DNA of 59,701 nt, counting the filler, from Jimgerdemannia flammicorona (lineage: Eukaryota), in assembly GCA_003990765.1 (NCBI GenBank). It is 3 parts of 3 records of this genome, joined end to end, with 100 filler letters (N's around TTAATTAATTAA, not from the genome) between each part and the next. Parts side by side here need not be neighbours in the genome. Positions count along the whole stretch, not along the records: positions 1 to 19,835 come from RBNJ01001837.1; 2 more parts are not named here. One strand, 5' to 3'. Under the pieces are notes generated by a model. It did no database searches and was not told where the DNA came from. It saw only the letters and a program-made list of their open reading frames with translations. Position numbers and translations under genes: made by a program. Each line of letters opens with the position of its first letter. The stretch's first letter is position 1. Positions 1 through 10,308 of the stretch are shown one piece after another.

Positions 1-349
1 ACCGAGACAACTCCTTGTTGGCGACGGCAAAAGGAAGAAGGCGCCGCACCAAAACGGGTACACCCCAGACGCAGCCGAAGGCACCAGAATCCGCGAAAAA
101 GTGGAGGAAGCACCGATCCGACACCGATAAAGGGACAACTCAACACCATTGCCCTCCTCCCACCATGCCCTTGCAGGCACAGCAAACCAACCCGAGGTAG
201 AGGGGGTGATAATAGGGGAAAGGGGACTCGGAAGGTTGCCTACCAAACCTTGTAACCGGTAAGGTAGCGGAGAAAGGAGCTGGGCACTAGTCATTACCAT
301 AGGTCATCAACAATCCAAGGAAGTCACTACAGAGATTGGGCAATATGTT

Positions 350-1752
350 TTGTCTTAAAGTCTTGAACTAGATCTTGAGAGTTCTTGAGATTGACCAGTA
401 GTTTCCAGGTAGTATCATATTCAGAATAACTCATCCACTTGACTAAGTATTCAGGGCAGTGGTAGCAGATTCATTTATCAAGGATTTTCTCAGCTTCATA
501 CTTAATATGGTCTTCAATAATAATAGAGGCAGAAGGCTTAGGAATTTGACCAGGGTAGGGTGGTGACTAGTTCTAGGTCTTGAGATATGACACATGAAAG
601 ACTGGATATACTCTTATGGTTTCAGGTAGCTTAAGATGGTAGGAGGAAGCAGAGACTTATTCAGTGATCTCGAAAGGTCCAATATACTTGAGTTGGAACT
701 TGTTTGAAAGGCAGTTAACTTGAGATTGTATCTTGAGTTTCTCAGTAGACAGTAGGACTTGATCTCCAATAGTATAAGTAACATCATGGCATTTCTTGTC
801 AGCATACTTGACTTGATGCTGTTGAGCCTTCTGAAGATTCATGGTAGTAATCTTAAGTAGTTCATCTATTTTGTCTGTAAGGTTCTTGGCAGTTAGGACT
901 TGTATTTAACTGGTTTTCTTGAAAGAGAATAGACTTGCAGGGATCTTAGGATCTTGGTCATAGAGTAATTGGAAAGGGGAAAGGCCAGTAGATGATTGGA
1001 CAGCATTGTTGTATGCAAACTCTATATAAGTCAGATAGATGTCTCAATCATCTTACTTGTAAGAAACATAGTTTCTAAGTATTTGTTCTAGAGTTCTATT
1101 CATGTGCTCAGTTTGTCCATCAGTTTGTGAGTGAAAGGCAGTAGACATAGCCAATTGGGTTCCCAAAGTCTTGAAGAGGGTTTGCCAGAAGTGGCTGGTG
1201 AACTTGGGGTCATGATCACTAACAATTACTTATAGTAGGCCATAGTGATAGATGATAGACTTGAAGAAGATTCTTGCAATCTCAGGTGTAGTGGTATTGG
1301 TAGTGGTTAGTTCAGCAATCATAGTCTTGGTTAGGTGGTCAATGAATATGATAATAGCATTAGTACCAGATTGAGTTCATAGTAGTTGAGTTATAAAGTC
1401 CATAGTGACTTGCTTGAACTTCTTAGTAGAAATTGGCAGTGGTTGTAGCAAATCAGCAGATGCTTGGTTGGTAGACTTGTTATGCTGACATAGATTACAG
1501 CTGGCAACATAGTTCTTGATTTCCTTGACCATGTTTGGCCAATAGTAGCAGCATTGGATATTCTTGACAGTCTTCCCAATTCCCAGGTAACCAGTAAGAG
1601 AGAAGTCATAGTGTTTTTGCAAAACCTTATAGTATAGATTCATGTTTTCAGATAGGTAGACTTGGTCTTGATGATAGATCAGGTTGTTCTTAACAGTATA
1701 TATATCCTTGAGTTCATTTGAGAAAACTCTAGTGGCAACTATATCTTCTTTA
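350..1752 (-). pseudogene. Degenerate Ty3/Gypsy pol 3' half (integrase + chromodomain), oldest layer of the nest
   Basis: Minus-strand fragments give the integrase zinc region (YYWPNMVKEIKNYVASCNLCQHNK), VTMDFI, KYIGPFEI and a chromodomain remnant (PEYLVKW..YSEYDTT) near 400-460; many stops. Ends at the hAT TSD. Confidence 0.9.
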
Positions 1753-1767
1753 TAGTGCTCCAAACGA

Positions 1768-2090
1768 GTCAATCCGAATCAAATCTGGATTTGATTCATC
1801 ACATGATGGTTTGATCCAAATCTCAAATCTGAAGCCATCCAAATCAACTCAGATTAATCCAAATCACTCCATCTGAATCGCTCTATCTGAATCACCCATC
1901 CAAACCACCCCAATCTGAATTACTCAATCCAAATTACTCAATCCGAATTACTCAATCTGAATCACTCAATCTGAATCACTCAATCCAAATCCTCCAATTT
2001 GAATCCTCCAATTTGAATCCTCTAATTTGAATTCTTCAATCTGAATCCTCATCTGAATCCTTCAACTGAATCCTCCAATCCAAATCCTCC
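1768..2090 (+). repeat. hAT left subterminal repeats (ATCCGAATC-derived, 13-14 bp units)
   Basis: Tandem ACTCAATCCGAATC / CCTCCAATTTGAAT variants with most CpG changed to TpG or CpA; colinear with the unmutated copy at 19462-19835. Confidence 0.9.
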
Positions 2091-2199
2091 ACATGACTTA
2101 TATGCCAGACATGTCTATAATACAATATATATACACACATATACAATACATACACATACATACACATGCATATGCAAACATGCAAATATACATATTGAC

Positions 2200-4803
2200 A
2201 GATCAGTCTTCAACAGTTCATAGTACTGATGATGCTTCAAGTCAAATATCCCTGATAGTTCCACACCTTTCATACAATCCTTGCTCCGAAATCTGGCAAC
2301 ATTATGCTAAGATAGGAGATGATGTTGTTTGTAATTATTGTAGGTAAAAAATTAAGATGCACCTATTGACACTGTTTGTTTGTTTTGATACACATATGAT
2401 ATTGTTTCATCTACTCCCATAAACTGCACCAACCAGAAGTTCAAAATGCTTGGGGGTATGACTTTGAACATAAATCAATATATAAAAGATAAGCACTCTA
2501 ACAAAATCAAAAAGAACACAGAGACAAATAAAATTAACATCCAAGCTATGGTGAGTATATTTATCCAATTGCCCAACCATTTCTGTACCAACAATGCTAT
2601 TTAATCAAAAATATTTGGCCATACTCTTCAGCAGAATTTCGAAATTGGCTCATTTACTAGATTGTGTACACAGATCAGCCATTCACAACTATCAAGAGTG
2701 ATCAATTGCATAGCATCTTTGGTCTCCTCAAGCATGATTTATATTTGCCAAGTACTGATACTATTCACAAAGATATCCTGGAGGCCTATAGGAAGGAGCA
2801 TAATAATCTCTGTCAGATACTTCAGATAAAATAAGAGCAGTATTATAACCTTTACAAGCTAAATTATATAAAAGAGCTCACCAATTTAACTTCACATTCA
2901 ATAAGCAGAATTTGGCAGGCAAAATTTCATTTACGATTGATACATGGATATCCCCCAATGCAATTTCATTTCTGGACATTATTGGTCATTAGATTGATCT
3001 CAATTAGTAGCTTAAATCTCTCATCCTTGACTTTGTCAAACTTGCTGACTCTCATTCTGGAGACAATATTGCAGATACTTTTATTAGTTATATCTGGGAG
3101 CTTGAGATCACCACCAAGGTAAAAAAGAGGGCTTGCTGTCAGATTGGCATTTTGAGAGAGGTCCTAAACTAAACCAGATTTTATTGGTTATTTATTTTCA
3201 CATAAATTCACCAACTAAATATTTCAAGTACAGATTTTGGCCATTATGATGGACAATACTACAAACAACTCAATATTTTTCAAAGTTTTAGCAGCCAGCC
3301 TCAAATAGGAAAACATAGCCTTTAGTACAGAAAGCTGTTGTGTATGATGCCAGGCCCATATACTGAACCTCACTGTTCAGGACTATCTTATGTACATAGA
3401 CAAAATATCTGAGAGAGAAGGGGCCCTGAGTATAATTTCCAAGCTGTACAATCTGGTTGTGTCAGTCCAATCATCCCCACAATGATGAGACAAATTTGCT
3501 ATATAGTGTAAGGCAATCAGTTTAGCCCTGAAAGAGCTTATACATATTAGACATCTGTATATATTGGAACTCAACATTTATAATGATCTAGTATGCACTA
3601 GAGTTTGCTATAGTATGTATTCTTTTTTTTCTTCAGTTGGCTGAAGCAACTTATTTTGGATAATTGAAGATTTATTTTAAAAAAAACAAAAAACAAAAAA
3701 AGCCAATAGATTCAACAGTAGCTATCAATAAGGAAATACAGGCCAAGGCTCTAGATGAAAGCAAGTGGGACATACTTAGGAATATTGTCAGAGTTTTGGA
3801 AGTAAGTGGTGATTGCTCTAGCTCTACACTTGTTTTGTCAGCCTCCACACTCGTTTTGTCTACCTCTGTACAATGCAACACCTCATCACATATAACTGCC
3901 AGTGTTTTGATGATTGTATGAAGGATATAGTCAAACAAACGACCCTGACAATAAGCTCAGCAATATCAGTATACAATCTTCTGATTGACTGGTTAGAGGA
4001 TAAGCTTGAGGATAGGCTGGAGAGTTGCAGTAATTTACAGTTGAGCCTGGATCAGAGAGATACCATAGAGGTTGCTCTTAGCAAGCTCAGAAAGTACTAC
4101 TCTCAAACAGATACTGCTATATACTCAATTAGTACAGATATATTTATATTGGTATGTAGCTGTTGCCTCTTCCAAAACAGAGAAATCTCTACAAAAACTC
4201 ACTCTCTTCTCTCTTTTGAATAGTGCTGGACCCATACTTAAAGCTACAATATTATAAAGATCAGGGCTAAGAGCAGCACTTCATTGAGAGAACCAAGCAG
4301 GCTGTAATCAAAGTATATCAGAAAAACTATGCACCACTGCAAGGTTCTGGCCAAAGTCTGGATGAATATGCTGAGGGATCCCTCCTGTCCCACATTTACT
4401 TCAGCAGAAAGAGGAAGAGAGAGCCATCAGTAGAAGAGCTGCCATCAATAGATGAACTTACCATTTACCTCACCAGCAACCATATAATCCTGCTGGAGAG
4501 TGTGGAGGTACTCAACTGGTGGAAGGTGGGTTGTCAGATGGGTGTTGGACCAATTTAACCCACTAATCTAACCACTGCTCTATCCACCACTCTATCCACT
4601 GGAGCATGCAGCTGCATCAAACAGACTTCCCCAGCCTGTGTGGCATGGCTTAGAACTATCTGGCAATTCCTGTCTCTAGTGCTCCTGTCAAGCAGGTGTT
4701 CTCAGATAGGGTGGACCTCATTGCTCCAAAGAGGTGTGTACTGAATACTGAGACAATCTAGGCATATATGTGTCTGAAGTCTTGGTGGAGCTCGGGCTAC
4801 TAA
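2200..4803 (+). pseudogene. Intron-containing hAT transposase pseudogene
   Basis: BED finger start (SEIWQHY..VVCNYCR), ISFTIDTW, IMMDNTTN, CQAHILNL, WNST, and the dimerisation domain (VLNWWK, NYLAIPVSSAPVKQVFS, MCLKSWW); stop TAA at 4801-4803; internal stops. 5' end approximate. Confidence 0.9.
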
Positions 4804-4954
4804 AATTCAGCAGGTCCTGGAAGTTTGTGAATAAGTTGGTTGGCCTTGTGGAATATTTAATATCTTTCAAAAATAATAAAAAGGTAAAAAACCCTGAGGA
4901 CTCAGCTTGGAGTTTGCAGCCCAAGTGGGCAGTAGTCAGCAGGGTTGGTGGTGG

Positions 4955-5590
4955 TGACAGAGGGAGTGCACAATGTTTGCAACCCTTCACCAGCAGCAAG
5001 GAGCAGCCCCAAGCTGTCAGTGTCTGGGTCAGTGGGTGGATCAGTGGAGAGAACATGTAAAATTTGTGGCCCTCTGCTGGCAGCAAGGGGTAGCCCCAAG
5101 CCACAAGTATCCCAGTCAGGGGAGTTGGTAGAGGGAGTGTGCAAAACTTGTGGCCCTCCACCAGTAGTGAGGGGCAGCCCTAAGCTGTCAGCACCCAGGT
5201 CAGTAGGCAGGGTCAGTTAGTAGGGTTGGTGGGTATGGGGTTAGTAGAGAGAGCATACAAAATTTGCAGCCCTCCACCAGCAGCAAGGGGCAGCCCCAAG
5301 CTGCAAGTATCCAGGACAGGCAGGGTAGGTAGAGAGAGTATGCAAAATTTGTGGCCCTCTACCAGCAGCAAGGGGCAGACCCAAGCTGTCAGTGCCTGGG
5401 TCAGTAGGCGGAGTTGGTCAGCAGAGTTGGTGGGTACAAGGTCAGTGAGGGAGCATGCAAAATTTGCAGCCCTCTGCTGGCAGCAAGGGGCAGCCCCAAG
5501 CCACAAGTGTCCAGGATGGGCAGGGCAGGCAGAGGGAATATACAAAATTTGCAGCCCTCTGCCAGCAGTATAGGAGCAGCCCTAAGCTGC
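4955..5590. repeat. Array of 7 GC-rich double-hairpin units with alternating spacers
   Basis: Core GCAAAATTTG(CA/TG)GCCCTC..CAGCAAGGGGCAGCCCCAAGC near 4970, 5057, 5141, 5257, 5342, 5457 and 5542; spacing about 85/115 bp. Confidence 0.85.
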
Positions 5591-5845
5591 CAAGGAGTCC
5601 AGGGTGGAGAGTGCTTCTGATGGTCAAAGGGCATTTCTGGTGGTCGAAGTCTACCACAGATTCAGGTCCTATTGCCAGTTTGGGTCCTATGGGTCAAGGG
5701 GCTGGTAGGGCCCTGTATAATAGCTAAGCTAGTGCTACAGAAGAGGTGCTCAGCCCAACCCCCCACATAAGACTGCCCAACTCATACAAAATGACTGCCT
5801 AACCCTCATGATAGACTGTCTATCCCTCGCAAAAGATTGCCTAAC

Positions 5846-7873
5846 TGTAAGCATACAACCTCCAAGCCACCAAAATTACACGTGACCTCCAAACAAATCT
5901 GGAAATCACCTGCTTGATCATGAAGCTGAGTCAAACCAAAGTCACAGCACACAAAGCTGAGTCAATACGAAGTCATAGAATACAAGGTTTACACAAAAAG
6001 AATCTTACCAATCAGGACCAAATGCATATATACCGAGCACTGAGACACATCGAATCAGAGAACCAAAAAAAATAACAACCACAACTTCCAAATACACAAA
6101 CATGACCACTGAGATCTATAACCATATCCACGCTGACATTTGGAATGCCATTGTCAACTGAGCCATACTCTCTCTGCCCCTCATGAATATCCATAGCCTG
6201 GCACCCCTCTACTTTGTGGAAGCCTGATGGAATGCCCTGAACATGCTTAGCGAGGCCCACCGAATTGGACAAATCTCAAGCTACTACCAGATTGGCTGTC
6301 TCCTGGAAGACATGGTTGAACACCACCATGATACAGACATTACCCAGATGTCTCAACACCAGAAGCTCATCGCCCACAAACATTGAGAACTTTTCTACGA
6401 GTACAGTACCATTATTCCCCGCCTCCGAGTTACTACCAGCAAAATGGTTGCTACCCTGTCCTATGGCCAAATCGATGATATGATACAAAAACTCAATCAC
6501 AAGTACCTCAAGTATGTCAAAACTATAGACAGAACCTTCCCACACCCCAATGATCAAATCTTGCAAATGCCCCAAGTTGGATATGCCATGAAGGACATCT
6601 ATGATATAATCCACTTCAATGAAGATGAAGCAGAAGACAATGATCCCTCTGATGCCGACATAACCTCTAGCCAAGGATCTCTGCCAACCCTGATCACTCT
6701 GCCAACCTTGCCAATGAACTTACAACAGTTCATAACTACATACAAGACTTATTGGGACAATGACCACTGGCACGAACACCAACCTGCATTCACCCCCGAT
6801 TACTTCAACTACAATGAAGAGACCGGAGAACACAACCTGTACCTCCAGACAACCCTCGAGATTGAACCAACCACTCCACCACCTGAGTACAAGCGACATG
6901 AACCACAGCCGCCAGCTTACTACAATCCTGCAACTCATAGTGCTGTAACCTATAGAAGGTACGCAGACAGCGAATCCGATGAAAGTGAAGACAATACACC
7001 CATCCTTCGCCCACCAACACCTTATCCAGTCTACGAGACAGACAATGCTATCCTGTGGGATGGAGATGAAGTCCCAATGTATTACTACCTCAGCGAATAA
7101 GGAGAAGTAATCCGCGAACCACTATTCCTAGATGACTACTTCATCAGAGATGATGCAATTGATAGTGATATCATCGAAGACTACCCAGACAGTGCCTAAA
7201 CCATAAATAGCCTAGCAGTTATAGTATAGTTAGATTAGTCTTGTATGACATGACTGTGAACTGACTCAGCAGTCAGATGATCTCTTGACATGTCAGATCA
7301 CTATTGTACTACATGACTGCATTCCAACTCAGCAAGGCACTAAGTGCTATATCTATATTTAGCATAGTCCAGATAGCCCCTCACTAGTATAAATACCCCC
7401 TCCCCCAGACCTCAGAATCTCAGACTCAAACACACGAGAACATTTCTGAATACTTCCCACAATATCCCTTTATACAAATACTCCTAGTATAGCAATATCA
7501 TGAATAGCAAATAAACCTATTCTATAACCCACAAACCACTCTTAAGTAAATCTGCTCCCTGTTAGGTCCCACTCCTAACCCCGTCACAAATTTCCTAATT
7601 GGGTATTGCCTACAGTGATATGCCAATTCAACTAAGCTGGTCTTAGTTTCTTAAACTTTCTGAAATATGAAAAATCCTGAACATCTAGAACTAGTCCAAA
7701 AAAAGGACTTTGGTTGAGATATTAACCCAATCTTGAAATCAATAAGCATAGAGGATGTACTCCATACAAAATTGATCTTGACCATAAGAAAACAGTCTTC
7801 CAGAACATCCAGAATATCCAGAAAACCTTTCCAGAATTACGTAATAGTTACCCTAAAAAGTAACCCTCTTACA
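5846..7873 (+). repeat. 5' LTR (2028 bp)
   Basis: TGTAAG...CTTACA termini; direct repeat of 14396-16423 at a constant offset of 8550; TATAAAT at 7388 and AATAAA at 7510. Confidence 0.97.
6102..7199 (+). pseudogene. LTR (U3)-embedded ORF, ~365 aa, unknown function (5' LTR copy)
   Basis: ATG 6102 to TAA 7197-7199 in one frame with four stops (6159, 6225, 6384, 7098); three of them are sense codons (CAA, CGA, CAA) in the 3' LTR copy. Confidence 0.8.
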
Positions 7874-7876
7874 ACT

Positions 7877-7888
7877 TGGTAGCAGCGG
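7877..7888 (+). promoter_or_regulatory. Primer-binding site, probably initiator tRNA-Met
   Basis: TGGTAGCAGCGG 3 nt after the 5' LTR; TGGTAGC is complementary to the GCUACCA 3' end of animal and fungal initiator tRNA-Met. Confidence 0.8.
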
Positions 7889-9900
7889 TTTACAATCTAA
7901 TTCTGCTTCAAGACGCTTCCTCACCCCGCTACAAACTCCTCTGCGAATTCCTACAAGTTGGTATAAAGTCCAACCTCTGAGCTGGAATTTATCCTGAACC
8001 ATCTGACAATCTGGAGAGAATTGAACCTGACGTACAAGGACAATTTGACCTCCACACCTGCAACAAGTGGAACAAACTTTATTCCAAGAAAGAAATACTC
8101 CAGTTAAATCAGCAAATAGGTGAAACCCTATTCACCGAACTCCTTGCACTACACCCAGAAAGTCAAGACGAAGAAGGTCTTATTGAAGTCTTCTTTACTC
8201 TTCTCAACAAGAGTTTTGTCAGTTCCACAAATCTGAGCGACCTAGGACAACCAGCAGCAGTCTTTCTAGCCTTAGTTCCTCATGAAGCCCAAGCCTCTGT
8301 AGCCAAGTGGCTCAACTCTACTGACTTTCACTGTACCAGGACCAAGACTGCCTTATACTACCAATTCCAGAACAGTAAGGCCCACCATATCCTTAAAGAA
8401 GAAGCAAGAGAAACCCTTCATCAACTACCTGACCCTGAACCTGAAGCAGGCCCTGCTACAGCCCTATCTGAATCTAAAACCAATACCAAACCTGAACTTG
8501 ACTTTGAATTAAGTCTATCTGAAATCAGATATATAACTGATTCTGTCTACTTTGACACTGAGCAAACCCAAATACATGGGGACCAAACTGAAGAAGAGGA
8601 GGAGTATCTCACTGAATTCGATCCTGGGTACATCACTGAAGGAGATGCACTCCCATCAGGACAGAATACACCTACACAGCAACAAATAGTTATCTATCAA
8701 GCCCTCACTCCAGATCCACAACTACTACTCCAGCAACTTACACAGACCCAAAGAACCCCATCACACTCTGCACCAGTACCTCAAGTAGTATCAGTAACAC
8801 CACTACCAGCAGTCCAGCCGCCTCCAGTAAACAACATGGTGAACCAACACATTCTTGATCTCACAGCCCAAGTAGCTATAATGGCAGCAACTATCACTGC
8901 CTTAGCTGAACAGACCTGACCTACCAAAAATCTGAGCCTACCTACCTTCAATGGTACTGCACAAGAAGTCCAAAGCTTCATTAGTGTAGTTGACACCAAC
9001 TTCAAAGCCAATCAATGGACTAATGAGCAAGTCGCTGACCGCGTTCTGACAAACAATCAAGACCACACTCTGGAACAACTCTTTGCTACTACTATAGTCT
9101 ATGTCTGCCGAGTTGTTACATTCTTCCAAGGACCTGCTGAAGAATAGTGGCGAACCCTTCCTGAAAAACCCCTCACATGGGATACCTGACCTACAGTAGT
9201 TACCCAGAATGCAGCAAACAATGCCCCAGGATATGGAGCCCATCCTGTAGCCCCTGGACTCAAACAACTTATGATTGCTCAATACCGCAGCGAAACCATA
9301 ATTGCTGAATCTCGAGTAAAACTCTGCAACCTCAAATTCGATGTACATAGCAAAGAAGAATTCAAAACCTTCTGTATCAAACTCGAGTTACTCCTGAACA
9401 CTATTGGCCTAGGATATATCGCCAATGATGAAGCACGAAATAGTACAAGAGCAGACCATTTATTCGATGCCCTGCCTGAATGGCTTACTAGAAAAATCCG
9501 AGAACAAGGCTGCCCAGTTGGTTGTGATCACCAACAATGGTGCCTGGCAAGAATCAAGACCATGGTCAAGCAAATCCTAACAGCTGGACCAATTCTGCCC
9601 CAAAGACAATTTAACAATAAGGAAAGGACTTGGACCAAGAAAGAAGAACCCAAGCATGAAGCATCCCGAGCTCCCTCCACATTCACCTCTTGGACACCCA
9701 GAAATCCTGAACCCACCCAGCCCAGTACCTTTAAGAAACTTACTGAAGGCAAAAGAAATGAACTTTGAAGAAGTGGAGCATACTTCTATTGCTGAAAGAC
9801 AGGACACATGGCCAGTGCCTGCCCTAACCGAAAACTCCAAACAGCAACCTGAGCAACTGTTACCACTCTGCATCACCTCAACAACCTGATCACCAGAATA

Positions 9901-10308
9901 CTAGACTTTGTCAAGTTAAGACAAACTGCTAAGGCCCCAACCAAAGGAAGTCAAAGAGCAGCCAGATATGACCTGTATGCAGCCAAAGAAGCTTCAGTTT
10001 CTAATCGAGAAGTCAAACAAGTCTATACAGGAATCAGTATCCAAATCCCTGAAGGACATGTTGGAAGAATATGCTATCACAGCAGCCTAGCATTGAAAGG
10101 ACTCTCAGTAGAAGGAGGAGTCATTGATGAGGATTACACAGGCGAAATTATTGTCCTCATCTGAAACCACAGTTGGACACCCTTCAAGATCCCCATTGAT
10201 TTCTGCATTGTCCAGATCCTATTCGAAAAAATCGAGTCAACTCTGATAGTCAAGGAAGTCCCTGAACTACTGCCCACCATCTGAGGATCCAAAGGATTTG
10301 GCTCATCA
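9901..10308 (+). other. Trimeric dUTPase domain within gag-pol
   Basis: The five motifs occur in order: AARYDL, ICYHSSLA, GVIDEDYTGEI, IVQIL, (R)GSKGFGSS; several deviations from consensus are C>T or G>A changes. Confidence 0.9.

Noticed and set aside
1..290. CpG-retaining GC-rich segment at the window start
   Set aside because: Possibly the end of a younger insertion, but it is truncated and shows no recognisable motif.
4955..5590. CRISPR-like look of the repeat-spacer array, and the overlapping ORFs with WGCPLLPAEG repeats
   Set aside because: The spacers are related to each other and alternate, no cas genes are present and the context is eukaryotic; the ORFs are by-products of the repeat.
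6012..6272. Antisense 86-aa ORF present in both LTRs
   Set aside because: It is the shadow of the sense LTR ORF and has a non-ATG start.
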